Below, piece after piece: positions 8,712 through 17,948 of a stretch of 34,232 nucleotides of DNA (the stretch's first letter is position 1; each line of letters starts with the position of its first letter). Below the pieces are notes generated by a model. That model ran no database searches and was not told the origin of the DNA. It saw only the letters and a program-made list of their open reading frames with translations. The DNA comes from an uncultured Acidimicrobiaceae bacterium (GTDB taxonomy: Bacteria > Actinomycetota > Acidimicrobiia > Acidimicrobiales > MedAcidi-G1): NCBI GenBank assembly GCA_913054115.1, contig CAJXIS010000001.1, forward strand, positions 1-34,232, read 5' to 3'. The position numbers and the translations under genes are program-made.

Positions 8712-9934
8712 GAAACTGATCTCCCTGTAGGGGTGCGCAGGTCACGGGGCAGGCCCAGTGCCCGTTCTCCGATGATGTTGCGCTGGATGTTGGGTGCTCC
8801 TCCGGCTATCGCGGAGGCATGGGCGAAGAGGTAGTTCATGGCCCATCCGCCCGGTTCATTGGCCCTGCCGAGATCGACCGACGCACCGCCGGGGGCTCGC
8901 AGGCCCTCGTCGGCGCCGGCCAGATCGAGACCGAACTGGGTGAGTCGCTTCGCCATCGTCGAGGCATGGAGCTTCTTCACCGCTCCGGCGAGGTCGGCGT
9001 TGGGATCGCTCCTGCCCCGGGCAGCATTGGTCAGGGAACGGAATCGGCTGAAGCGTGCAGAGAGCAGGTCGGACTCGATGTCGATCAGCGTGCGGCGAAT
9101 GCCGGGATGTTCGATCGCCGGGGCTCCACCGATCTTGCGGGTGCGAGCGAGTTCGAGGACGCTCTCGAACAGCTGTTGGAGGCGGAACCCCATGAGGTTG
9201 CGCTCGTTGACCAGCAGATCGCGTGACACCTCCCAGCCGCTGCCCCGCTCGCCGACCTGGTAGCGCACCGATGTGCGGGCGCCGGTGAGAAAGACCTCGG
9301 CGAACTCTGGTTGACCGGTCATTGCCATGATCGTCTGGACTTCGACGCCGGGCTGGTCCATGGGGACCAGGAGGAACGTGATGCCGCGGTGGCGCGGTGC
9401 GTCTGGCTCGGTGCGGAAGAGGCCGAACATCCAGTCGGCCCGATCGGCATCCGAAGTCCAGATCTTGTGACCGTGGATGACCCAGTCCTCGCCGTCGAGT
9501 TCGGCTCGGCTCCTCAGGGACGCCAGGTCGCTGCCTGCGGTCGGTTCGCTGTAGCCCTGACACCAGGTGATGTCGCCCATGAGCGTCGGGGCGATGAGTT
9601 CCCGCCGTTGGTCCTCGGTGCCGTTGCGCAGCAGGGTCGGCACGACCATGTCGGGTCCCTGGCCGACGATGCCAAGCGGTGCCCGCGCTTCGGTGAATGC
9701 GCGCTCGATGACGTCGTCGGCGATCGGGTCGATCGGCCGCTCCGATCCGCCGTAGACGACGGGTACGCCCCTGTAGAGGTAGCCATGTTCGATCGCGAGG
9801 CTCCGGAACAGACGGATCTCATCGTCAGGGACATGGCGGTCACGACGTTCGGCGGGCCAGTGCTCGTCCAGGAAGAGCCCAACCTGATCACGCAGCGTGA
9901 CGTGATGCGTTCCCAACTCGAGGTCCACATCCAC
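8708..9934 (-). CDS. Acyl-CoA dehydrogenase
   Basis: 408 aa with GYSEPTAGSDLASLRSRAELDGEDWVIHGHKIWTS and C-terminal AIAGGAPNIQRNIIGERALGLPRD. ATGA overlap with the downstream gene (8708-8711). Confidence 0.88.
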   Translation of the reverse strand: MDVDLELGTHHVTLRDQVGLFLDEHWPAERRDRHVPDDEIRLFRSLAIEHGYLYRGVPVVYGGSERPIDPIADDVIERAFTEARAPLGIVGQGPDMVVPTLLRNGTEDQRRELIAPTLMGDITWCQGYSEPTAGSDLASLRSRAELDGEDWVIHGHKIWTSDADRADWMFGLFRTEPDAPRHRGITFLLVPMDQPGVEVQTIMAMTGQPEFAEVFLTGARTSVRYQVGERGSGWEVSRDLLVNERNLMGFRLQQLFESVLELARTRKIGGAPAIEHPGIRRTLIDIESDLLSARFSRFRSLTNAARGRSDPNADLAGAVKKLHASTMAKRLTQFGLDLAGADEGLRAPGGASVDLGRANEPGGWAMNYLFAHASAIAGGAPNIQRNIIGERALGLPRDLRTPTGRSVS

Positions 9935-9948
9935 ACTCTAGTTGGGAT

Positions 9949-9975
9949 TAGGACAGAAGTACATATTGTGTACTA
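9949..9975. promoter_or_regulatory. Operator O2: TAGGACA-GAAGTACATATTG-TGTACTA
   Basis: Lies in the divergent gap between the ACAD start (9934, -) and the SnoaL/amidohydrolase operon (+). Aligned with O1 over ~34 bp: 3774-3807 (TAGGACAGTAGCACAATATGTGTTCAACTGATAG) against 9949-9982 (TAGGACAGAAGTACATATTGTGTACTATTGATAC), with several mismatches. Confidence 0.65.
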
Positions 9976-10013
9976 TTGATACGGACCGTGATGCCGGAGG
10001 CTACAGTCGGGTC

Positions 10014-10418
10014 GTGGTCCCCGCCGACGATCCTCTTCCAAGCGCCGACGTCGTCGAGATCGAACACCTCTATCCCCGCTACTGCCATGCGGTCGATGCA
10101 GGTGACGGCCAGGCATTCGCGGCGTTGTTCGCCGCCGACGGTGTGCTCGATGTGGCGGGCACCCGCCATTCCGGGACCGCAGCACTCGCCGAGTTCGCTC
10201 TCAGCGTCCCGCTCGCGCTCCCCGGCATTCGCCACACGGCTTCGAATGTGGTCATCGGCACGTCCGAGGGCGGCGCCATGGGTACTGCCGATCTCATCGT
10301 CCAGGTCGTAGGCCCCGATGGGCCGACGATGATCACCTCCGGTCGCTACACCGACCTCATCGTCCAAATCGACGGGGCGTGGCGGTTCGCCACCCGCACC
10401 TTCACCCCGGACGCCTGA
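10014..10418 (+). CDS. SnoaL-like / NTF2-fold protein (start uncertain)
   Basis: The ORF 9942..10418 covers operator O2, so the start was moved to the in-frame GTG at 10014 (GGAGG lies 13 nt upstream). Sequence IEHLYPRYCHAVDAGDGQAFAALFAADGVLD...GAWRFATRTFTPD is SnoaL-like. Confidence 0.6.
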   Translation: MVPADDPLPSADVVEIEHLYPRYCHAVDAGDGQAFAALFAADGVLDVAGTRHSGTAALAEFALSVPLALPGIRHTASNVVIGTSEGGAMGTADLIVQVVGPDGPTMITSGRYTDLIVQIDGAWRFATRTFTPDA

Positions 10419-11287
10419 TGGCTGCTCCGCTCGACGAGATCGGGATCGTCGACACGCTGATCGGCTTCCCCGCGAGCGACTTCACCGGCTACGACCGTCT
10501 CCGGGTGCAGCTCAAGGACGCACAGAGTCGCGACGACTTCGACTTCCCGGTCGAGTACATGTTCAGACACGTTCCCAAGCATCTGTACGGCACCGAGAAC
10601 CCGATCGACGTCACCCTCCACGAGATGGATCGCTTCGGGGTCGAGTGGGGGCTGGTGGGGTGCCGCGACGAGGTCGGGCAGAAGGCGCTTCGGGATCACC
10701 CGGATCGGTTCCTCGCGACCGGCGGGGTGTACCCACACGACAGCGTCGACGGTCTGCGGCGCATGGAGCGGCAGTACGAGGAGTTCGGCGTCCGGTCGTT
10801 CGACGCCTTCCCGTCGGGCTTCAACCCGCAGGTCCCCATCGACGACCCGAAGATGTATCCCATCTACGCCAAGTGCGTGGAACTCGACGTGCCGATCTTC
10901 GTGTGTGCCGGCGTGCCGGGCCCCCGTTTTCCGATGTCGCCGCAGAAGGTCGAGCGCATCGACCAGGTGATGTACGACTTCCCGGAGCTCGTGTTCGTCA
11001 CCCGTCACGGGTGCGAGCCGTGGGACGACCTCGCCGTGAAGCTCATGCTCAAGTGGCCGGGGCTGCACTACTCCACGTCGGCCTTTGCTCCCCGCCACTA
11101 CCCCGACTCCATCGTGCACTTCGCCAACACCCGCGGCGCCGACAAGATCCTCTACGGCGGCTATTTCCCCATGGGGATGTCGCTTGAACGCATCATGGGC
11201 GACATGGATGCGGTCGGGTTCAAAGACAGCGTGTGGCCCGGGTTCCTGCGGGGCAACGCGGCCCGGCTGCTGAAGATCGACGGTTGA
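10418..11287 (+). CDS. Amidohydrolase-2 family protein (ACMSD/LigW-like metal-dependent hydrolase/decarboxylase fold)
   Basis: Start at ATG 10418 (MAAPLDEIGIVDT...), with a 1-nt TGATG overlap with the preceding gene. TIM-barrel amidohydrolase-2 features: IVDTLIGFP, PIFVCAGVPGP, VTRHGCEPW, KILYGGYFP. Confidence 0.82.
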   Translation: MAAPLDEIGIVDTLIGFPASDFTGYDRLRVQLKDAQSRDDFDFPVEYMFRHVPKHLYGTENPIDVTLHEMDRFGVEWGLVGCRDEVGQKALRDHPDRFLATGGVYPHDSVDGLRRMERQYEEFGVRSFDAFPSGFNPQVPIDDPKMYPIYAKCVELDVPIFVCAGVPGPRFPMSPQKVERIDQVMYDFPELVFVTRHGCEPWDDLAVKLMLKWPGLHYSTSAFAPRHYPDSIVHFANTRGADKILYGGYFPMGMSLERIMGDMDAVGFKDSVWPGFLRGNAARLLKIDG

Positions 11288-11296
11288 CCGGTCGGG

Positions 11297-12244
11297 TCAG
11301 CCATCGGCCTCGGCGGCGGGATAGAACTGGCGGGCCCAACGGCGGAAGGGCATGATCGGGCCGTCGCCCGACGTCAACAGCGGTCGCTCTCGATAGATCT
11401 TGGCCTCCCAGATCGGGATGTCCTGTTCGAGTTGGCTCAGCACGTTGCGGATCAGCGCCGCAGCGACACCGCCGGTCGGATTCGCGCCATCGACGCGCTG
11501 TTGGGAGAACGACTTGCGGATGATGACGGTGTTCTCGTCGATCGGCGTCACCGACCCGACCTGGAGCGTCTCACAGATCCCCTTGTAGCGAACCGTGACG
11601 AGTCCGAGTCCGAAGGCGCTCGACACAACCTCGCCGTCGACCTTGCCTTTCGGGGTGTCGAGGCTGACGGGGTTGCGGCTGTGGCGCAGCGGCCCGTCGA
11701 AGACTGTCTCCGTGTCCGGGACGTTGAGGGTGCCGTGGACGTAGCGGAAGTGGGCACTGTCGGCGACGTTCTCGGCGATCTCCTGGGGCTGTGTGCGTAC
11801 GGTCCACTCGAACCGCTGGGGGTCGGACCAATCGGGGCTCGTCGCCTCGGGGATCTCGGGGACCTCCCAGCTCGGGGGTTCGCCTTCGGGGTGATACCAG
11901 ACCATGACGAGTCCGTTGCGCTCCCGGGTCTCCCAGGACTCGACCCTGGCATTCGGCGGGGTGTGGCCATAGGGCACCTCGACGCAGGTGCCGCAACCGT
12001 CGAACTCCCATGCGTGGAAGGGGCAGCGGATCCGGTCGCCCACGACCTCGCCACCGACGCCGAGATGGGCGCCGAGGTGGGGGCAGTAGGCGTCGAGCGC
12101 ATGGGCGACTCCGTCCCCGGTCCGGAAGACGACCAGCTCCCGGTCGAGCGCGGTGACCGATCGGACCGAGCCGGCCTCGAGTTCGTCGGCGTAGGCGACG
12201 GCGAACCAGCCGGACGGGAGCGGATGAGGGAAGTTCTTGGCCAT
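11297..12244 (-). CDS. KshA-like Rieske non-heme iron oxygenase (3-ketosteroid 9-alpha-hydroxylase oxygenase-component-like)
   Basis: Start trimmed to MAKNFPHPLPSGWFAVAY (ATG 12244). Rieske motif CPHLGAHL...CPFHAWEF, iron motif DSAHFRYVH, and EVPEIPEATSPDWSD parallel my recollection of KshA (DMAHFFYIH, IPEIPEAASDEWTD). At 315 aa it is shorter than classical KshA. Confidence 0.8.
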   Translation of the reverse strand: MAKNFPHPLPSGWFAVAYADELEAGSVRSVTALDRELVVFRTGDGVAHALDAYCPHLGAHLGVGGEVVGDRIRCPFHAWEFDGCGTCVEVPYGHTPPNARVESWETRERNGLVMVWYHPEGEPPSWEVPEIPEATSPDWSDPQRFEWTVRTQPQEIAENVADSAHFRYVHGTLNVPDTETVFDGPLRHSRNPVSLDTPKGKVDGEVVSSAFGLGLVTVRYKGICETLQVGSVTPIDENTVIIRKSFSQQRVDGANPTGGVAAALIRNVLSQLEQDIPIWEAKIYRERPLLTSGDGPIMPFRRWARQFYPAAEADG

Positions 12245-12268
12245 CGACGCGATCCCCTTGTGTAACAT

Positions 12269-12295
12269 CAGAACAGAATCTGATTTATTGTACAC
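12269..12295. promoter_or_regulatory. Operator O3: CAGAACA-GAATCTGATTTAT-TGTACAC
   Basis: AT-rich island in the divergent gap between the KshA-like start (12244, -) and the SDR start (12355, +). It also contains an internal 6-bp inverted repeat, ATCAGA(12267-12272)/TCTGAT(12279-12284). Confidence 0.55.
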
Positions 12296-12354
12296 CTCTC
12301 GCCGGGCACTGTCGCCCGGACGACCAGACCGTCCAGAGTAGGAACCACCCAGCC

Positions 12355-13134
12355 ATGCACGAAGTACAACGCCTGTTCTCGATCGAAGGGCGCCGCGCCC
12401 TCGTCACCGGAGGAACCGTCGGCATCGGCCGGATGATCGCGGCTGCCTACGTGCGGGCGGGGGCCGACGTCACGATCGTGTCCCGAAAGCCCGAGGACCT
12501 CGAGCGCGCCGTTGCCGAGCTCTCAGCCGATGGAACCTGTCGATCCATCACCGCCGACCTCTCGACTCGAGAGGGTTGCGCCCATGTCGCCGACCGGTAC
12601 GCCGATCACGCTTCGTCACTCGACATTCTCGTGAACAACGCCGGGGCCACCTGGGGTGCCGACTTCGACGAGTTCCCCGACAAGGCATGGAGTCGGGTGC
12701 TCGACCTCAACGTGCGTGCCGTGTTCAACCTCACCCAGGCATTCGCCCCGGCGTTGCGGGCAGCGGCAGCGGACGACGCCCCTTCCCGGGTGATCAACAT
12801 CGGCTCGGTCGACGGCATCCGGGCACCCGACCTCGACACCTACTCGTACGCAGCCAGCAAGGCGGCCGTTCACCAACTCACCCGACACCTCGCCAAGCGA
12901 CTCGGCCCCGAAGGCATCACCGTCAACGCCATCGTGCCTGGACCGTTCCCGTCTCGGATGATGGCTGCGACCATCGAGGAGATGGGTGACTCAATCGCCG
13001 AGATGTCGCCGCTGGGGCGCATCGGCCGTGCCGACGACATCGGTGCGGCGGCGATCTATCTCGCGTCGCCGGGCGCCGCCTGGGTCACCGGGTCACTGCT
13101 GCCCGTCGACGGCGGCGTGATCGTCGGCTCGTGA
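12355..13134 (+). CDS. Short-chain dehydrogenase/reductase (SDR)
   Basis: 259 aa with TGGTVGIGRMIA (TGxxxGxG), NNAG, and YSYAASKAA (YxxxK). Confidence 0.9.
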   Translation: MHEVQRLFSIEGRRALVTGGTVGIGRMIAAAYVRAGADVTIVSRKPEDLERAVAELSADGTCRSITADLSTREGCAHVADRYADHASSLDILVNNAGATWGADFDEFPDKAWSRVLDLNVRAVFNLTQAFAPALRAAAADDAPSRVINIGSVDGIRAPDLDTYSYAASKAAVHQLTRHLAKRLGPEGITVNAIVPGPFPSRMMAATIEEMGDSIAEMSPLGRIGRADDIGAAAIYLASPGAAWVTGSLLPVDGGVIVGS

Positions 13135-13157
13135 CCTCGTGATGCCATCGCCGCCGA

Positions 13158-14381
13158 TCAGCGGAGTGTGTAGTTGATCGGCAGGTGTTGCGGCCCGCTC
13201 ACCAGGTTCGACGCCAGATGCACACACGGGCCCGCTGCCTCGACGTGAACCAGTTTCGGAATGAGCAGTTCGTAGAACTTGCGGACCTCGAGGCGGGCCA
13301 GATGGACCCCGAGGCAGAAGTGGCGCCCGAATCCGAACGCTATGTGCTGATCTGCGTTGGGTCGCGACACGACGAAGGCGGAGGGGTCGTCGAAGACGAG
13401 TTCGTCGCGATTTGCCGAGGGGTACGACAGCAGCACGCGGTCCCCCTCTGCGATCGGGACGCCTGAGAGTTCATAGTCACGCTGCGCCGTGCGAATGAAG
13501 TGCTTGACGGGGCTGACCCACCGGATGATCTCGTCGGTCGCGTTGGGGAGCAGGGCGGGGTCCCGACGGAGCGCGTCCAGCTCGTCGGGGTGACCGGCAA
13601 GTGCCTCCATCCCCCCGGCCAGCGCACTGCTGGTGGTGTCATGGCCGGCGGTCGCGACGATCAGGTAGAGCCCGAACGCAGCCAGCACATCGACGGGTTC
13701 GCCATCGACCGTCGCATTGGCGATCAGGCTGGCGAGATCGTCCGTCGGCGCAGCGCGGCGGTTGTCGGCCAGCACCTGGAAGTATTCGAAGAAGCCGATC
13801 ATCGCCTCCTGGGCGTCATCGGTGGACTCTGGATCCTGTGCGGCGAAGAGCGTCTGGGTGAGGCTGAGCATGAGGTCGAAGTCGACATCGGGCACGCCGA
13901 AGAGGGTCATGATGACCTTGAGCGGATAGTGCAGTGCGACGTCCTGGGCGAAATCACACGAACCCCCATGGGCCGCCATGATCTCGATCGCCTCCCTCGC
14001 ACGCTCGGCGATCGCCTGTTCGAGCCGCCGGATGCTCCCGGGTAGGAACCACTTGTTGACGATGAGCCGGTGGGCCAGATGCTCGGCTCCATCCATTTCG
14101 ACCAGCGTCTTCATCTGGGGTGCTGCATGGTCGGGAATCATCACGGCGTGCGCCTGCGACACGGTGCAGGCAGGAGAGTTGGTGAACAGCTCGGGCTGGC
14201 GCTCGACCTCCAGCACCTCCGCATGGCGCAGGACAGCCCAGACCGGCTCGATCCCCGTGGCAGTGAGTCCGACGACCGCCGCCTTCTGGCGCAGCGGCGT
14301 GACGGCGGCATGCCACGCGGTCGGATCGGCAAAGGGCGCCGACGAGGTGAAGATGTCGGTGTCGGTTGTGGTTGGAAGCAT
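13158..14381 (-). CDS. Cytochrome P450
   Basis: 407 aa. Heme loop FGFGRHFCLGVHLARLE, I-helix AGHDTTS, and EIIRW (ExxR). Strong SD (AAGGAGAG) upstream of ATG 14381. Confidence 0.92.
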   Translation of the reverse strand: MLPTTTDTDIFTSSAPFADPTAWHAAVTPLRQKAAVVGLTATGIEPVWAVLRHAEVLEVERQPELFTNSPACTVSQAHAVMIPDHAAPQMKTLVEMDGAEHLAHRLIVNKWFLPGSIRRLEQAIAERAREAIEIMAAHGGSCDFAQDVALHYPLKVIMTLFGVPDVDFDLMLSLTQTLFAAQDPESTDDAQEAMIGFFEYFQVLADNRRAAPTDDLASLIANATVDGEPVDVLAAFGLYLIVATAGHDTTSSALAGGMEALAGHPDELDALRRDPALLPNATDEIIRWVSPVKHFIRTAQRDYELSGVPIAEGDRVLLSYPSANRDELVFDDPSAFVVSRPNADQHIAFGFGRHFCLGVHLARLEVRKFYELLIPKLVHVEAAGPCVHLASNLVSGPQHLPINYTLR

Positions 14382-14444
14382 GGGAAGACTCTCCTTGCGT
14401 CGTCGCCTCTTGTTGAGGCTGCCGGTCGGTGATGAACCCCGACC

Positions 14445-14951
14445 TCAGGTACCCCGGGCGAACGACATGGGTTCAAGGTATTCCTCGAACCCCGCCAGGC
14501 CCATCTCGCGTCCGACCCCCGACTGCTTGAAGCCGCCGAACGGCATGTCGGGGCCGTACCAGACCCCACCGTTGATGGACATCGTCCCTGTGCGAATCCG
14601 ACGACCGACGGCCGTGGCGCGCTCGTGATCGGAGCCGACAACGGCCCCGGAGAGGCCGAAGATCGAGTCGTTGGCGATGCGAACCGCGTCGTCTACGTCG
14701 TCATAGGGGATCGCGACCAGCACCGGCCCGAAGATCTCCTCACGGGCGACGGCCATCGAATTGTCGACATCGGCCAGCAGGGTCGGCTCGTGGTACCAGC
14801 CGAGCGGCAGATGCGCCGGCCGACCGCCACCGGTCGTGATCCTGGCGCCGGCGGCCACGCCGGCCGAGACGTAGCCCTCGACTCGCGAGCGCTGTCGTTC
14901 GTTGATGAGGGGGCCCTGGAGCACCGAGGGGTCGTCCGGAGACACGGTCAC
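14445..14951 (-). pseudogene. Aldehyde dehydrogenase, C-terminal third only (remnant or stand-alone fragment)
   Basis: 168 aa with GPLINERQRSRVEGYV..., EEIFGPVL and PFGGFKQSGVGRE, which correspond to ALDH residues after ~320. The NAD-binding Rossmann part and the catalytic Cys/Glu region are absent. The upstream space is fully occupied by an intact SDR whose stop is 2 nt before this GTG. Confidence 0.75.
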
Positions 14952-14953
14952 GA

Positions 14954-15694
14954 TCAGATCCTCGTGATCTGTCCGCCGTCAACGGCGAGCACATGACCGG
15001 TGACCCAGGCGGCGTCGTCGGAGAGGAGGAACGAGAGTGCTCCAGCCATGTCGTCCACCTGACCCATGCGCTTGAGCGCGAGGCCTGCGAGGAGGTGCTT
15101 CCGAAACTCCTCGGGCACGATCGTTCGGGTCGCTTCGGTGTCTGTCGGGCCGGGCGCGATCGCGTTGACTCGGATGCCCTGGCCGCCGAGTTCGTGGGCG
15201 AGGCTGACCGTGAGGGCGTTGATCCCGGCCTTGGCCACGCCGTAGAAGCCGCTCGGCATCCAGGCTGCGGTCGATGACTGGTTGACGATGACACCACCGC
15301 CTCCGGCTGCCAGTGCGGGAACGCACGATCGGGTGCAGCGCAGTGCGCCCCAGAGGTTCACGCTCATGAAATGGTCGAGGTATTCGTAGGGCACGGTCGT
15401 GAGCCCGTCGAGTTGCATGGTCTTGTAGATCGCGGCGTTGTTCACCAGGAAGTCGAGCCTTCCGAACGCATCGACAGCGGCTCTTGCCATCGCGTCGGTA
15501 CTTACCGGATCGGACACGTCGGTCGTCACCGCTATCGCCTGTTCGCCGATCTCCGCTGCGACCCTTGCGCCGCCTCCGGCGTCGATGTCGGCGATGACGA
15601 CGCTGGCTCCGTCGTCGGCCAACCGTTTTGCGTACGCCTCGCCGATACCGCCTCCGGCACCGGTGATGATTGCGACGCGGTCACTGAATCGCAT
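14954..15694 (-). CDS. Short-chain dehydrogenase/reductase (SDR)
   Basis: Start trimmed to MRFSDRVAIITGAGGGIG (ATG 15694). NNAA and YGVAKAG (YxxxK) are present. Confidence 0.9.
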   Translation of the reverse strand: MRFSDRVAIITGAGGGIGEAYAKRLADDGASVVIADIDAGGGARVAAEIGEQAIAVTTDVSDPVSTDAMARAAVDAFGRLDFLVNNAAIYKTMQLDGLTTVPYEYLDHFMSVNLWGALRCTRSCVPALAAGGGGVIVNQSSTAAWMPSGFYGVAKAGINALTVSLAHELGGQGIRVNAIAPGPTDTEATRTIVPEEFRKHLLAGLALKRMGQVDDMAGALSFLLSDDAAWVTGHVLAVDGGQITRI

Positions 15695-15735
15695 GGCTGC
15701 GGACCCTTCTTTCCCGCCTGGCTGGGCGTGGTCGG

Positions 15736-17022
15736 TCAGTCTTGGAACGCTGCACTGACAGCGCCGTCGTCGATCGCCCTGTCCCAACCACGAATTTTTT
15801 CACCGCTGCGATCGAGCGTGTTGCGGGCCCGGATCGATACGTCGTGGTCGCCGGCCACCGCCCGGAGTGCTCCCACTGTCGATGCCTCGCGGGGGAGGTG
15901 GGCGAAGGGGTCGAACGAGTACCAGCGCATGGCGTTGAGGTGGGTGATCTTGTCGATGTCGTCGTCGGGCACGTCGAACTGCTCGAACTGGGCCGTCAAC
16001 ACCTCTGGATCGTGCGGCCAGTTGGAGTCGCTGTGGGGATAGTCGCACTCCCAGGACAGCGAGTCGATCCCGATCTGATGGCGCAACTCGATGCCGACCG
16101 GATCGGAGATGAAGCAGGTGAGGAACCGCTCGCGGAACACCTCCGAGGGGAGCTGGTTGCCGAAGTCCTGACCTGTCCATTCGTGGTGCATCTCGTAGGT
16201 GCGGTCGATGCGGTCGAGGAAGTAGGGGACCCAGCCACTGCCGCCTTCGGAGAGGGCGATGCGCAGATCGGGATGGCGCTTCAACGCCGGGCTCCAGAGG
16301 AGGTCCGCTGCGGCGGAGCAGATGTTCATCGGCTGCAGCGTGATCATGACGTCGGGGGGAGAGTCGGGCGCGGGGATGGCGAGTTTGCCTGACGAGCCCA
16401 GGTGGATCGAAAGGACCGTCGAGGTGTCGACGAGCGCCTCCCACAACGGGTTCCAGAACTCGTTGTGGAAACTCGGATAACCCAGGGTGTGGGGGTTCTC
16501 GGTGAAGGTGAGGGAGTGACACCCCTTCTCGGCGACTCGGCGGACCTCGGCTGCGCACTTCTCTGCGTCCCAGATCACGGGCAGCGCCATCGGGATGAAC
16601 CTGCCGGGATGGGCGCCGCACCATTCGTCGATGTGCCAGTCGTTGTACGCCCGCACGAGGGCATGTCCGAACTCTTCGTCCTCGACGGCGAAGAGGCGCG
16701 CCGCGAATCCAGGGAACGAGGGGAAGTTCATCTCGGCCAGAATCCCGCCGGCGTTCATGTCCTTGACCCGCTCGTCGACCTGCCAGCATCCGGGTCGGAT
16801 TTCGTCGAGGGACTGGGGTTCGAGGCCGTACTCGCTCTTGGGCCGACCGGCCACGGCGTTGAGCGCCACGTTCGGGACGGTGACCTTGCCGAACCGCCAG
16901 ACATCGGCCCCGTCCCTGGCCTTCACGATCCGGGGGGCCCGGTCGGCGAAGCGGTCCGGCAGGTGGCCGTCGAAGAGGTCGGGCGGTTCGATCACATGGT
17001 CGTCGACCGAGATCAGGATCAT
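15736..17022 (-). CDS. Amidohydrolase-2 family protein (large form)
   Basis: Start trimmed to MILISVDDHVIEPPDLF (ATG 17022), the characteristic N-terminus with a metal-binding DxH. 428 aa. Confidence 0.82.
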   Translation of the reverse strand: MILISVDDHVIEPPDLFDGHLPDRFADRAPRIVKARDGADVWRFGKVTVPNVALNAVAGRPKSEYGLEPQSLDEIRPGCWQVDERVKDMNAGGILAEMNFPSFPGFAARLFAVEDEEFGHALVRAYNDWHIDEWCGAHPGRFIPMALPVIWDAEKCAAEVRRVAEKGCHSLTFTENPHTLGYPSFHNEFWNPLWEALVDTSTVLSIHLGSSGKLAIPAPDSPPDVMITLQPMNICSAAADLLWSPALKRHPDLRIALSEGGSGWVPYFLDRIDRTYEMHHEWTGQDFGNQLPSEVFRERFLTCFISDPVGIELRHQIGIDSLSWECDYPHSDSNWPHDPEVLTAQFEQFDVPDDDIDKITHLNAMRWYSFDPFAHLPREASTVGALRAVAGDHDVSIRARNTLDRSGEKIRGWDRAIDDGAVSAAFQD

Positions 17023-17095
17023 CTCATCGGTGCGAATGGTGGGTCCCCCGGATGCTCGGTTCGACGGCTCGGCGGAATCCAAGTTACTCCACCAG

Positions 17096-17122
17096 TAGAA
17101 CAAATGCACGCGAAACGTACTG
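17096..17122. promoter_or_regulatory. Operator O4: TAGAACA-AATGCACGCGAAA-CGTACTG (weakest right arm)
   Basis: Divergent gap between the amidohydrolase (17022, -) and the SDR (17150, +). The left arm plus AAATGC is shared with O7 (TAGACAAATGCGC). Confidence 0.5.
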
Positions 17123-17149
17123 TTGTGTCATATCCGCTACTCTCAAGAC

Positions 17150-17911
17150 GTGAACACTCGAGACTCCATCCCATCCCTCGCACGCCGGCGCATCCTCGTT
17201 GTCGGAGCCTCGTCCGGGATCGGCCGCGAGGTTGCGCTACGGGCCCTGACCGCCGGAGCCACCGTGGCGGTTGCCGCACGTCGCTCCGAACGCCTCGAGG
17301 AGGCCTTCGGGGCCACCTCCGCAGTGCAGGTCCCCGCCGACGCGACGGATGTCGCCGAGGTGGCGGCGATGGTCGCGACGGCGAACGAGGCCCTCGGAGG
17401 GTTCGATCTCGTGCTCTACGCAGCCGGCGGGGGCACCCTTGCCCCACTCGTTTCGACCGATCCCGAATCCTGGGCGCACGATCACCAGGTCAACGTCATC
17501 GGCGCCAACCTGGTCTGTGCCGCCGCACTCGAGCATCTCGCGCCTGACGGCGTGACTGCATTCGTCTCCTCCCGAGGACCGCTCGACAATCACTGGGGAC
17601 TCGCTTCGTACGCCTCATCCAAGGCGGCGCTCGACACTGCGGTCGAGGGATGGCGGGTCGAACATCCCGATCGGCGGTTTCTGCGCATTGTCATGGGCAA
17701 CACCATGCCAACCGAATTCGCCGCCGATTTCGCCCCCGACATTGCCGGCGTGGCCGTGGCCCGCTGGTTGGCCCAGGGCATCCCGCTCGACGTGATGGAG
17801 GTGGGCGATGTCGCCGAACTGCTGGTCGAGCTGTTCGGGATCATCCTCGCCCACCCGGGGATCGACATACCCGACGTGCGACTCGATGCCCGGCGGCCGG
17901 CCTGGAGTTGA
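17150..17911 (+). CDS. Short-chain dehydrogenase/reductase (SDR)
   Basis: ILVVGASSGIGREVA glycine motif and YASSKAA (YxxxK). Start moved to the in-frame GTG at 17150 because the annotated ORF start (TTG 17123) abuts the operator. Confidence 0.78.
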   Translation: MNTRDSIPSLARRRILVVGASSGIGREVALRALTAGATVAVAARRSERLEEAFGATSAVQVPADATDVAEVAAMVATANEALGGFDLVLYAAGGGTLAPLVSTDPESWAHDHQVNVIGANLVCAAALEHLAPDGVTAFVSSRGPLDNHWGLASYASSKAALDTAVEGWRVEHPDRRFLRIVMGNTMPTEFAADFAPDIAGVAVARWLAQGIPLDVMEVGDVAELLVELFGIILAHPGIDIPDVRLDARRPAWS

Positions 17912-17948
17912 CGGCGCGGCACGCTCCTTCAGGGCGGGTCGCCGAGGC

